DNA of 64,000 nucleotides from an uncultured Candidatus Saccharibacteria bacterium (lineage in GTDB: Bacteria > Patescibacteriota > WWE3 > UBA101185 > UBA10185): NCBI GenBank assembly GCA_964387275.1, contig CAYLVW010000002.1, forward strand, positions 63,286-127,285, given 5' to 3'. The notes under the pieces are model-generated. The model was not told the DNA's origin. It was given only the letters and a program-made list of their open reading frames with translations, and did no database searches. Positions within the stretch are counted from its first letter, which is position 1. The number at the start of each line of letters is the position of its first letter. The translations under genes and the position numbers were made by a program. Positions 28,413 through 37,579 of this stretch are shown here, one piece after another.

Positions 28413-30044
28413 ATGAAATCCACAAATGTGTTTCTAAAAAGCCAAAACTCTATAGTATCCGCTGCAATAATAATTGCAGCAACGACGGGCATAAATGCAT
28501 TTTTGGGACTTATTAAAGGCAGACTTTTTACACATTACTACGGGGTCTCAGATCAGTTGGCAATTTTTTACACTGCGGATCGTATACCTAACATGGTGTA
28601 TTCATTATTAGTAGTGGGAGCACTATCAACAGTGTTTATACCAATATTTTCGGAGCTGGTTAAAAAAAATAAGGATGAAGCAAGCGAAACTGCATCTGCT
28701 GCTATAAATTTGTCACTAATTACTTTCACAATTCTTGGAACTATAGCTTTTATTTTTGCTAAACAAATTATAGAAATCCTATCTCTTGGGCAGTTTGACA
28801 AGGTAAATATAAGCTTGGGGGTAGATTTGATGAGAATAATGCTCGTAGGACAATTTATACTCATTTTGAGTAGTTTTATCAGCACGGTATTACAAACACT
28901 AAGAATGTTTGTGATACCAGCACTCGCTCCTGTACTGTACAACATGGGAATGCTAGTTACTACAATTATATTGCATGAGCAGTTAGGTATATATGCCCCT
29001 GCCATTGGAGTTGTTGTGGGAGCATTACTTCACGTCCTAATTCAAATTCCAGTAATAAATAAAACAGGGATCAATTATTTACCCACATTAAAAATTACAA
29101 AAGGTATCAACAAACTCAGCCACCTGGTTCCTTACAGAATACTTGCAGTATTTGCTGCAAACTCATTACAAACAATTAACAACTCTTTTGCTATATTAAT
29201 ATCTTCTTCGGCAGTGATACATTTAAAATTTGCCACACAGCTCCAAGCTTTACCTGTAAGTTTATTTGGAGCATCGATGTCTATGGCAGCACTACCCACA
29301 TTATCAGCAGAGAGTGTAGGCAAGACCCTAGATGACTTCAAAAAAACATTTACTACTTCCCTTTTACAGATGCTTTATATGGTAGTGCCAGCTAGTATCA
29401 TCCTGATTGTGCTTAAAGTCCCTATTGTTCGAATTGTTTATGGTGTTTCTCAATTTCCATGGGATGCTACAGTGAAAACTTCTTACGCTCTAGGGTTTTT
29501 TGGTCTATCTATTATATTTCAGAGTGTTATTTATCTACTGACCCGATCGTTCTACGCTCTAAAGGACACTAAGTCGCCGGTAGTGGTAAGTTTAGCAACT
29601 ATACCTGTAAATATAGCTCTAACTTATATATGTATTACATACCTAAAACTGGGTGTATGGAGTATTGCGATGACATATACAGTTACTTCGTTTGTAGACA
29701 TGATGGCACTAATGATTTTACTAAATAAGAGGGTTGGCGGATTTGATACTAAGGCTCTACTTAAACCAGTAGTTAAAATATCGTATGCCTCTTTGATAAT
29801 GGGTCTAGCACTATATTTACCACTAAAACTTCTAGATAACTTTGTGTTTGATACAGCAAAAACTGTAGGCTTAATAATGCTAACTGTAGTTGCTGGAACA
29901 TTGGGGTTAGCTACATATCTTGCTTTAACACATCTTATGAAAGTAGAAGAAATTCAAATGTTTTATAAACTACTGAGAAAACTTAATTTTACGACCTCAT
30001 CAAAAGACGTGATCCTAGAAAGTGACTCCGGGAACGAGAAATAG
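28413..30044 (+). CDS. murJ: Lipid II flippase MurJ (MviN)
   Basis: 14-TM MOP-family architecture, with the N-terminal segment SAAIIIAATTGINAFLGLIKGRLFTHYYG. Confidence 0.85.
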   Translation: MKSTNVFLKSQNSIVSAAIIIAATTGINAFLGLIKGRLFTHYYGVSDQLAIFYTADRIPNMVYSLLVVGALSTVFIPIFSELVKKNKDEASETASAAINLSLITFTILGTIAFIFAKQIIEILSLGQFDKVNISLGVDLMRIMLVGQFILILSSFISTVLQTLRMFVIPALAPVLYNMGMLVTTIILHEQLGIYAPAIGVVVGALLHVLIQIPVINKTGINYLPTLKITKGINKLSHLVPYRILAVFAANSLQTINNSFAILISSSAVIHLKFATQLQALPVSLFGASMSMAALPTLSAESVGKTLDDFKKTFTTSLLQMLYMVVPASIILIVLKVPIVRIVYGVSQFPWDATVKTSYALGFFGLSIIFQSVIYLLTRSFYALKDTKSPVVVSLATIPVNIALTYICITYLKLGVWSIAMTYTVTSFVDMMALMILLNKRVGGFDTKALLKPVVKISYASLIMGLALYLPLKLLDNFVFDTAKTVGLIMLTVVAGTLGLATYLALTHLMKVEEIQMFYKLLRKLNFTTSSKDVILESDSGNEK

Positions 30045-30110
30045 ACGTTACCAATAGATACTTTTTTACCAAAATAGGCACAAAGATGATAGAATCCAAC
30101 AGTTATTCAT

Positions 30111-31931
30111 ATGGAAACAAGAACCCTTCAAGAAAAAATCAGAAACTTCTGCATAATAGCTCATATTGATCATGGTAAATCAACACTAGCTGATAGATTT
30201 TTAGAAATTACAAAAACTGTAGAAAGAAGAAAACTCAAAGAACAGTTGCTAGACAGCATGGAACTTGAACGGGAAAAAGGAATTACAATTAAGCTTAAAG
30301 CCGTTCGAATGAGGTATGAGAAAGAAGGAGCTGAGTATCAACTCAATCTTATAGACACGCCGGGTCACGTTGATTTTTCTTATGAAGTTTCAAGATCGCT
30401 GGCAGCTTGCGAAGGAGCTATACTTGTTGTCGACGCTTCTCAAGGAATACAGGCTCAAACAGTTTCCAATGTGTACAAAGCAATTGATGCCAATCTCACT
30501 ATTATTCCGGTACTTAACAAAATAGATTTACCTGCAAGTGAAGTAGAGAAAGTTTCAGATGATCTTTGCAGGACATTTGGTTTTAGTAAAGACGAAATTC
30601 TACATGTTTCTGCAAAAACAGGACATGGGGTAGATATATTACTATCAGAAATAATAAAAAAAGTACCGTCTCCAAACGGCAAAGAAAACTTACCCACAAG
30701 AGCACTAATATTTGACACTTTTTATGATGAGTTTTTGGGTGTGGTTGCTGCAATAAAAGTAGTCGACGGTAAATTTACTTTCACACCCGAAGACTATGAA
30801 TCAAACAAAATAAAATTTATAGCAACTGACACTATATCTGTTATGCAAGAAATGGGAGTTTTTACACCAGAAAGAAAAAGGCTCGATGAATTAAAGGCAG
30901 GGGAAGTAGGATACATAGCAACGGGATTAAAAGATATTCACACAGCTAAAGTAGGAGATACAATAACTACGGCAACAAATCCTTCAGATAAACAGCTAGA
31001 TGGATATAAAGAAATAAAACCTTTTGTGTTTGTTTCAATTTTCCCAATAGAGAATGATAAATTCCCACAACTCAGAGACGCTTTGGAAAAGTTATCACTC
31101 TCTGACTCATCACTAACGTTTGAGCCTGAAAGTTCTACCGCTTTAGGTTTTGGTTTTAGATGTGGGTTTTTGGGATTACTCCATGCAGACATAATTCAAG
31201 AAAGATTAGAAAGGGAATACAATCTAGAGCTTATATCATCAACACCAACTGTAGAGTACCATGTCGGTCTAACTAATGGAGATAATATTCTTGTTAAAGC
31301 AGCGGATGAGCTTCCAGAGGTAACAAGAATAGATAAAATACAAGAGCCCTGGATAAGTACAACCATAGTTACCCCTACAGAGTATGTAGGGCAAATAATC
31401 ACCCTTTGTGAAGACAGGAGGGGTATCTTAAAAAAAATGGACTACCCTACAGAAAACAGAGTAATTTTTGAATATGAACTACCTCTTGCGGAACTTGTAT
31501 ATAATTTTTTTGATGATCTTAAGACAGTGTCCTCAGGATTTGCTAGCCTGGATTATGAATTTTTAAACTATAGAGAGGTTAATGCAGTTAAACTAGATAT
31601 CCTTGTACATGGGGAAGTAGTAGGCCCACTAGCCCAAATCGTATTAAAAACAAAAGCTACAGAGTTTGGTAAAAGAACCTTGGCAAAACTTAAAGAAGTG
31701 ATACCAAGACAACAATTTCAGGTTGCGCTACAAGCTGCAATAGGCGGAAAGATAATTGCCAGAGAAGACATACCAGCGCTTAGGAAAAACGTGTTGGCTA
31801 AAATGTCCGGAGGCCATAGAGAAAGAAAAGATAAGTTGTTGGATATTCAAAAAAAGGGAAAGCAAAGGATGAAAAGATTAGGCCGAGTTGACATACCACA
31901 AGAGGCTTTTAGAGAAATATTGCGGTCGTAG
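30111..31931 (+). CDS. lepA: Elongation factor 4 (LepA)
   Basis: IRNFCIIAHIDHGKSTLADR at G1, DTPGHVDF, NKIDL, and the LepA-specific C-terminal domain. Confidence 0.9.
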   Translation: METRTLQEKIRNFCIIAHIDHGKSTLADRFLEITKTVERRKLKEQLLDSMELEREKGITIKLKAVRMRYEKEGAEYQLNLIDTPGHVDFSYEVSRSLAACEGAILVVDASQGIQAQTVSNVYKAIDANLTIIPVLNKIDLPASEVEKVSDDLCRTFGFSKDEILHVSAKTGHGVDILLSEIIKKVPSPNGKENLPTRALIFDTFYDEFLGVVAAIKVVDGKFTFTPEDYESNKIKFIATDTISVMQEMGVFTPERKRLDELKAGEVGYIATGLKDIHTAKVGDTITTATNPSDKQLDGYKEIKPFVFVSIFPIENDKFPQLRDALEKLSLSDSSLTFEPESSTALGFGFRCGFLGLLHADIIQERLEREYNLELISSTPTVEYHVGLTNGDNILVKAADELPEVTRIDKIQEPWISTTIVTPTEYVGQIITLCEDRRGILKKMDYPTENRVIFEYELPLAELVYNFFDDLKTVSSGFASLDYEFLNYREVNAVKLDILVHGEVVGPLAQIVLKTKATEFGKRTLAKLKEVIPRQQFQVALQAAIGGKIIAREDIPALRKNVLAKMSGGHRERKDKLLDIQKKGKQRMKRLGRVDIPQEAFREILRS

Positions 31932-31939
31932 TGTTACCT

Positions 31940-31968
31940 TTGACAGTTTTTTAATTCTCGTGTAATAT
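31940..31968 (+). promoter_or_regulatory. Sigma70-like promoter TTGACA-17-TAATAT upstream of the 32002 ORF
   Basis: ttTGACAgttttttaattctcgtgTAATAT, with AAAGGAGAG as the SD before the ATG at 32002. Confidence 0.5.
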
Positions 31969-32001
31969 ACCCTATAGTCTTTGATGTGAAAAGGAGAGAG
32001 A

Positions 32002-32409
32002 ATGGCAAACCTAGCCCGCGATATGTGGCGTCTGGTTAGTCTTGCAATTATCGTAAGTATATCTTTTGTAAGACCTTCTGATGAGGTTATGTGGTTTCTA
32101 ATTGTGCTATGTGCGGTTTGTCTGTTGATCTGTGTTCTAGCTCTAAAATCCACAGCTTCAGATAAAACACTTAAAAGCTCGCACCCATCCTTGTTTAGCT
32201 ACCTAAAAACCTTTACGGGAATAATTCTTACTATCGGGGCAGTAACAAACCTCGTAACCCTTATTCTTGATACCACTAGCTTTGTGGCTACCTCAAACGA
32301 GGTATTGCTAGCAAGTGCAAAGTATTCGTTGGTTTTGTTGATTGGATGGGTTATGTATATTGTCGGAAGTTACATCAGCACGTTTAAGCCGAGTGCTCAA
32401 GCAGAGTAA
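32002..32409 (+). CDS. Hypothetical 4-TM membrane protein
   Basis: ORF with a strong promoter and RBS, and hydrophobic helices. Confidence 0.45.
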   Translation: MANLARDMWRLVSLAIIVSISFVRPSDEVMWFLIVLCAVCLLICVLALKSTASDKTLKSSHPSLFSYLKTFTGIILTIGAVTNLVTLILDTTSFVATSNEVLLASAKYSLVLLIGWVMYIVGSYISTFKPSAQAE

Positions 32410-32450
32410 GAACTGCAGATGTGCAAATGAATGAGGTCTAGATATAGAAA

Positions 32451-32493
32451 GGGGCGGGCGCAAATTTTGAAATTCATAATTTGCGCCCGCCCC
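32451..32493. terminator. GC-rich 16-bp stem-loop between convergent genes, a putative bidirectional terminator
   Basis: GGGGCGGGCGCAAATT-ttgaaattcat-AATTTGCGCCCGCCCC. Confidence 0.55.
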
Positions 32494-32530
32494 GAATTTG
32501 TACCAAACACCAAACCCTTAAGAAATAAAA

Positions 32531-33004
32531 CTACTTCAACTTAAAAGTAGTAATAACAAGACCCTTAAAAACAAGAAGGCATGATATAACCACCCCCGCA
32601 CTTAGTGAAAACACAAAAAAAAGTATGACGTTCTGATCAGAACCCACAGCATTAGCAACAAGGCTTATCTGCCAGGTAGCCCACATATACATTGCGAAAT
32701 GTACAAAAACACCAATTATAGAAACGACTCTCATAATCCGTGAAGGTACTTCCTTGGAAAAGAAATCAATTCCCCAAACATAGTAAACACCAAACCCCAA
32801 GCTAAAAACCGCACAAGCTAAACCTAGTCTTCCTAAAAGTGCGAAATCAATAGGATCTACCTGAGCAAAAGATCCAAACAGGGTAAAGATAATAAGTGCG
32901 ATAACTCCAACAAAAATTGTAGTAGGACCCCAGTAAGAGGTAGGTTTCATTGTGTTCACTCCTTTGAACAGGCAAGTTTTACAACAAAAATAGGATACAA
33001 ACAA
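32531..33004 (-). CDS. Hypothetical polytopic membrane protein
   Basis: ORF with about five TM helices. Confidence 0.4.
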   Translation of the reverse strand: MFVSYFCCKTCLFKGVNTMKPTSYWGPTTIFVGVIALIIFTLFGSFAQVDPIDFALLGRLGLACAVFSLGFGVYYVWGIDFFSKEVPSRIMRVVSIIGVFVHFAMYMWATWQISLVANAVGSDQNVILFFVFSLSAGVVISCLLVFKGLVITTFKLK

Positions 33005-33013
33005 ATTTAATAT

Positions 33014-33060
33014 CTTGACACTCTTAGCACTCGTGATATATTACTGATAATATGCTAAGT
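33014..33060 (+). promoter_or_regulatory. hrcA promoter (TTGACA-17-ATATTA) with an embedded CIRCE-like half site TTAGCACTC, near-leaderless
   Basis: cTTGACActcTTAGCACTCgtgatATATTActgataatATGCTAAgtg. There is a degenerate inverted repeat TTAGCA-N21-TGCTAA. Confidence 0.4.
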
Positions 33061-33774
33061 GACCGTCAGTTAGAATTACTAAAAGCCGTAATACAAGAGT
33101 ATATAAGCTCAGCAGAACCTGTTGGGTCTAATGACCTTGTAAATAAATACAACCTTAAATTCTCAGCAGCAACAGTTAGAAACGAGATGGCAAAATTGAT
33201 TGATCATGGACTCTTAGAGATGGTACATACATCCTCAGGTAGAATCCCTACCCCAAACGCCTACAGATTTTTCATACAAGAATTAATGGAAGAGGAAGAA
33301 ATTCCGGTTTTACAAGAAATAGCTTTTAAACAAAAGCTTTGGCCAAGAAGATTTGAATTTGAAAAAATGCTTAGAGAAGCAATGATTTCTCTATCGGATA
33401 TCACTAAAGAGCTCACAATAGCAACAACAGCTGATGGCTACCTAGTCCACGCAGGAGCAGTTAATGTACTGGATAATAAAGAGTTCTGGGACATTAATGT
33501 GGCAAAAGCAGCTTTGTACTTACTAGATCGTTATGAGTTACTAGAACAAATCCTAAGTAAAGCCCAGTATGGCGAAGACGTAAGATACTTACTAGGTGCC
33601 GAGATAGGAAATGAGCATCTTCAAGAATGTGGAATTGTTTTTACACCATATAATGCTGAAAATAAGTCAGGATTTATATGTGTTCTAGGACCAGCCAGAA
33701 TGAATTACCCAAAAATAATTCCGTCTGTTAGGTATGCCAAAAACCTTATTGAAGAACTCGCAGGATCTTGGTAA
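33052..33774 (+). CDS. hrcA: Heat-inducible transcription repressor HrcA (short form)
   Basis: MLSDRQLELLKAVIQEYISSAEPVGSNDLV...ATVRNEMAKL forms the winged-helix N-domain. Confidence 0.75.
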   Translation: MLSDRQLELLKAVIQEYISSAEPVGSNDLVNKYNLKFSAATVRNEMAKLIDHGLLEMVHTSSGRIPTPNAYRFFIQELMEEEEIPVLQEIAFKQKLWPRRFEFEKMLREAMISLSDITKELTIATTADGYLVHAGAVNVLDNKEFWDINVAKAALYLLDRYELLEQILSKAQYGEDVRYLLGAEIGNEHLQECGIVFTPYNAENKSGFICVLGPARMNYPKIIPSVRYAKNLIEELAGSW

Positions 33775-33821
33775 TCACAAATATATTTTTAATAAAATAT
33801 TTTAATTAGGTTTAATAAAAT

Positions 33822-34277
33822 ATGGATCAAAACGATAATAATCAACAAAATAACCTACAAACCCAAGTAGATGAATTAACTAAAAAGGTTGGGGAACTAG
33901 ACAATAGTTGGAAGAGAGCTTTAGCAGACTACAAAAATCTGGAAAAAAGGATGTTCGACGAAAAATTGGAGTTTGCCTCATATGCAAATTCGAATCTCTT
34001 ATACAAGTTGCTACCAATTATGGATAACCTGGAACTACTTGATATGCACCTAAATGACATGGGACTTAAATTAGTGCTAAAAGAACTAAAACAAATACTA
34101 ACAGAACAGGGTGTTACAGAGATAGAAACCAGAGATAAAGAATTTGATGCGGAGAAAATGGAAGCAATAGAGCTTGTGGATGGGCCCAAAAATATAGTTG
34201 TTGAGACTTTAAATAAAGGATATTTGATTAAAAATAAACTACTTAGACCGGCCAGGGTCAAAGTTGGAAAAGATTAA
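33822..34277 (+). CDS. grpE: Nucleotide exchange factor GrpE
   Basis: Coiled-coil N-terminus, LLPIMDNLE, and the C-terminal beta domain ending in PARVKVGK. Confidence 0.85.
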   Translation: MDQNDNNQQNNLQTQVDELTKKVGELDNSWKRALADYKNLEKRMFDEKLEFASYANSNLLYKLLPIMDNLELLDMHLNDMGLKLVLKELKQILTEQGVTEIETRDKEFDAEKMEAIELVDGPKNIVVETLNKGYLIKNKLLRPARVKVGKD

Positions 34278-34323
34278 TTATTTCGACTCTGTTATAGACA
34301 GAGCTAATAAATAGGAGGCTTTT

Positions 34324-36201
34324 ATGGCAAAAATCATAGGAATTGACTTAGGAACCACAAACAGCTGTATGGCCGTAATGGAAGGTGGTCAACCTAAAGT
34401 TATTGTAAATTTAGAAGGAGGTAATACAACACCATCAGTTGTCGCACCCTCATCAAATCTAGTTGGTGTCACAGCAAAAAGACAACAAGTAGTAAATCCA
34501 AAAAATACAGTATTCTCTGTCAAAAGACTTATAGGAATGAAGTTCAACGACAAAGAGATACAAGAAATCAAAAAAAGCTACCCATATAGCATTGTTGAAG
34601 GAGCTAATGGGATGGCCTGCGTTGAAATTGAAGGAAAAATATACACTCCCCAAGAAGTGTCAGCAAAAATACTAGCAAAACTCAAAGCGGATGCTGAAAA
34701 ATTTTTAGGCCAACCGGTTACAGAGGCAGTGATAACAGTCCCGGCGTACTTTAATGACGCTCAAAGATCAGCAACCAAAGAAGCCGGTCAAATTGCAGGT
34801 CTTGAAGTAAAGAGAATCATAAACGAACCAACAGCAGCAGCCTTAGCGTACGGTCTTGATAAAAAAACTGCTCAAAAAATTGCGGTGTATGATCTGGGAG
34901 GAGGAACATTTGATGTGTCTATCCTAGAAATTGGTGATGGCGTTTTTGAAGTAAAAGCAACAAATGGAGATACACATCTAGGTGGAGATGATTTCGATAA
35001 AAAAATTATAGATTGGTTAATCGAGTCGTTTAAACAAGAATCAGGTGTAGATCTATCAAACGATAGACAAGCCATGCAAAGACTTAAAGATGCTGCAGAA
35101 AAAGCAAAAATTGAACTATCCTCAGCAATGGAAACAGAAATTAGTATTCCATTTATTACGGCAGATGCATCAGGTCCAAAACACTTAAACATAAAATTAA
35201 GCAGAGCAAAACTCGAACAGCTCGTAGACGATCTGATACAAAGAACTGTCACACCTATTGTTAACGCCCTAAAAGATGCCGGTTTATCAAAGACTGATAT
35301 ATCTGAAATAGTTATGGTCGGTGGTATGACTAGGATGCCTAAAGTAGTTTCTGTAGTAAAAGAATTTTTTGGAAAAGAACCACATCAAGGTGTAAATCCT
35401 GACGAAGTTGTGGCGGTCGGGGCAGCCATACAAGGAGGTGTCTTAGGAGGAGATGTTAAGGATGTGCTTTTATTAGACGTAACACCGCTTACTCTGGGAA
35501 TAGAAACTTTAGGAGGTGTGAGTACACCTATAATTAAGCGAAATACTACCATCCCAACATCAGCTTCCCAAGTATTCTCTACAGCTGCAGATAACCAAAC
35601 CAGTGTAGAAATTAATGTTCTTCAGGGTGAAAGAGAACTTGCTGTATATAACAAATCTCTAGGCCGATTCATCTTGGACGGTATTCCCCCATCACCAAGA
35701 GGAGTTCCACAAGTAGAAGTCAAATTTGATATAGATGCTAATGGAATAATTCATGTAACTGCTAAGGATAAAGCTTCCAACAAAGAGCAAAAAATAACTA
35801 TACAAGGTGGGACAGGTCTCTCTAAAGATGAGATTGATAGAATGGTAAAAGAAGCAGAGGCTAATGCGGATGCGGACAAAAAGAAAAAAGAAGAAGTAGA
35901 AATTCGAAACACGGCAGACAATCTATGCTATACCGCAGAAAAAGCACTAAAAGACGCAGGAGACAAAGTATCATCAGACATTAAAACTGAAATTGAATCT
36001 AAGATAAAAGCAATAAAAGAAGTGCTTCAAACAGCTACCATAGAGGAGCTAAAGTCAAAAACGGAAGAACTTTCAACAAGTCTACAAAAAATTGGTCAAA
36101 GTATGTACGGTCAGCAAGGCCAACCAAACCAAGACCCTAACACAGGGCCTCAAAACACAGGGCCTTCAGACGGACCGATTGATGGGGAAATTGTTAAATA
36201 G
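34324..36201 (+). CDS. dnaK: Molecular chaperone DnaK (Hsp70)
   Basis: [26 protein letters not shown], and the full set of Hsp70 signatures. Confidence 0.95.
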   Translation: MAKIIGIDLGTTNSCMAVMEGGQPKVIVNLEGGNTTPSVVAPSSNLVGVTAKRQQVVNPKNTVFSVKRLIGMKFNDKEIQEIKKSYPYSIVEGANGMACVEIEGKIYTPQEVSAKILAKLKADAEKFLGQPVTEAVITVPAYFNDAQRSATKEAGQIAGLEVKRIINEPTAAALAYGLDKKTAQKIAVYDLGGGTFDVSILEIGDGVFEVKATNGDTHLGGDDFDKKIIDWLIESFKQESGVDLSNDRQAMQRLKDAAEKAKIELSSAMETEISIPFITADASGPKHLNIKLSRAKLEQLVDDLIQRTVTPIVNALKDAGLSKTDISEIVMVGGMTRMPKVVSVVKEFFGKEPHQGVNPDEVVAVGAAIQGGVLGGDVKDVLLLDVTPLTLGIETLGGVSTPIIKRNTTIPTSASQVFSTAADNQTSVEINVLQGERELAVYNKSLGRFILDGIPPSPRGVPQVEVKFDIDANGIIHVTAKDKASNKEQKITIQGGTGLSKDEIDRMVKEAEANADADKKKKEEVEIRNTADNLCYTAEKALKDAGDKVSSDIKTEIESKIKAIKEVLQTATIEELKSKTEELSTSLQKIGQSMYGQQGQPNQDPNTGPQNTGPSDGPIDGEIVK

Positions 36202-36257
36202 ATTTCTGTTAGAAGTTTCTTAGTCATTAAGTGGGGTGGGTTTGCTGTAGAAGTAGG

Positions 36258-36288
36258 AAGAGGCGGGGGCCGAAGGCCCCCGCCTCTT
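36258..36288 (+). terminator. GC-rich hairpin downstream of dnaK (GGCCGAAGGCC-core family)
   Basis: AAGAGGCGGGGGCC-GAA-GGCCCCCGCCTCTT is a perfect 14-bp stem, but the following U-tract is weak. Confidence 0.5.
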
Positions 36289-36359
36289 TACAACCAAACA
36301 CACACTAAAAAACCAAACGCTCTAAACCTCAAGTCACTAACATCACCACCCCAAAGCAA

Positions 36360-36389
36360 TTGACTCAAAATACAAAATAACTCTATAAT
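36360..36389 (+). promoter_or_regulatory. Sigma70-like promoter TTGACT-18-TATAAT
   Basis: aaTTGACTcaaaatacaaaataactcTATAATtaatcactgcctATG. Confidence 0.5.
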
Positions 36390-36401
36390 TAATCACTGCC
36401 T

Positions 36402-36671
36402 ATGGATATTCAACTAGTACTAATAGTAATACTTGTTATTCTAACAATTAACCTAGTAATAGTCGGTTTCTATGTATTTTTAATACTTAGGGATCTCAGA
36501 GAAACTATTAAAAAAACAAACTCTGTATTAGATGATGCAAAAATAATAACCAAAACAGTTTCAAACCCACTTGGCTCTATTACAACTCTAGCAACATACC
36601 TAATTAAATCCTATAAATCTACCAAAACTGTAAATTCTTTGGTTGATTTCAAAGGAAGAAAGGGTGAATAA
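36402..36671 (+). CDS. Small N-terminal-TM protein
   Basis: ORF that directly follows the promoter. Confidence 0.4.
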   Translation: MDIQLVLIVILVILTINLVIVGFYVFLILRDLRETIKKTNSVLDDAKIITKTVSNPLGSITTLATYLIKSYKSTKTVNSLVDFKGRKGE

Positions 36672-36673
36672 AT

Positions 36674-37111
36674 ATGTGTGAAAAATGTGATAATAGTGGA
36701 TCATTTGTAACAGGTGCTGTTCTTGGAAGTGTGCTTGGATTTGCACTTGGGATCTTACTAGCCCCAGATTCGGGAACCAACACCAGGAAAAAGTTAAAAG
36801 ACACAAGTCAAAAGTATATAGAAGATGGAAAAGAAAAAGTCCAAAAAATAAGAGAATCAGCAGAACCCTATCTTGAAAACTTAGAAGAAAAATTAGAAGA
36901 AGTAAAAGACAAGGTTGAGCCGTATGTTGTAGATTTCCAAGAAAAAGTAGTACCAGCGTTGCAGGAGTTAGAAGAAAAAGCTAGAAACATGGCAGATCCT
37001 ATAGGTACAGAGATTGCTGAGAAAATCCAAGATCTAACTGGAGCCTTTGAGGATAAACCGGAAAAGCCAAGAAAAGCAGTAAAAAAGAAGTTATTCAACG
37101 GAATAAAGTGA
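36674..37111 (+). CDS. YtxH-like (DUF948) stress-associated protein
   Basis: GAVLGSVLGFALGILLAPDSGTNTRKKL followed by a charged helical tail. Confidence 0.55.
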   Translation: MCEKCDNSGSFVTGAVLGSVLGFALGILLAPDSGTNTRKKLKDTSQKYIEDGKEKVQKIRESAEPYLENLEEKLEEVKDKVEPYVVDFQEKVVPALQELEEKARNMADPIGTEIAEKIQDLTGAFEDKPEKPRKAVKKKLFNGIK

Positions 37112-37126
37112 TGCTATCATATAAGT

Positions 37127-37579
37127 ATGGTATTAGACTCAAAGCAGACAAGTGCTCCCACACAAAATGATCAGGCTGTAAACTCAGGGGTAACCCAGGC
37201 ACCGTCGCCAAATAACTTACCTACAAACCCAGCTACCGCAACCAGAAATACTATCAATTCTTTGTATGGTGGGTATGTGGAACAGGAATCACTACAACAA
37301 GCAACTGACCTAGAGAATATATCAATAGTCCCAGAAATAGTAAAAAACCCCGAAACTAATATACAAATAGAACCGACTATTCAACAAGAACCAAAAAAAT
37401 CCCCCACCACGCCAGAGGTGCAAATAGGTCAAAATGAAAAAGTCCCTAATGTAGAGGATCATTCAACTCACAAAGTGCAGCAGCACAGTGTAAATGCAAA
37501 AGCAGATGCGGTCACAAGCTTTGCAGACAAGGACGAAGAGGAATTTATTACAGGAATAGTACAACACCATGCAAACTAA
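37127..37579 (+). CDS. Hypothetical low-complexity protein (Gln/Pro/Thr-rich)
   Basis: ORF that overlaps the next gene's start by 11 nt. Confidence 0.35.
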   Translation: MVLDSKQTSAPTQNDQAVNSGVTQAPSPNNLPTNPATATRNTINSLYGGYVEQESLQQATDLENISIVPEIVKNPETNIQIEPTIQQEPKKSPTTPEVQIGQNEKVPNVEDHSTHKVQQHSVNAKADAVTSFADKDEEEFITGIVQHHAN

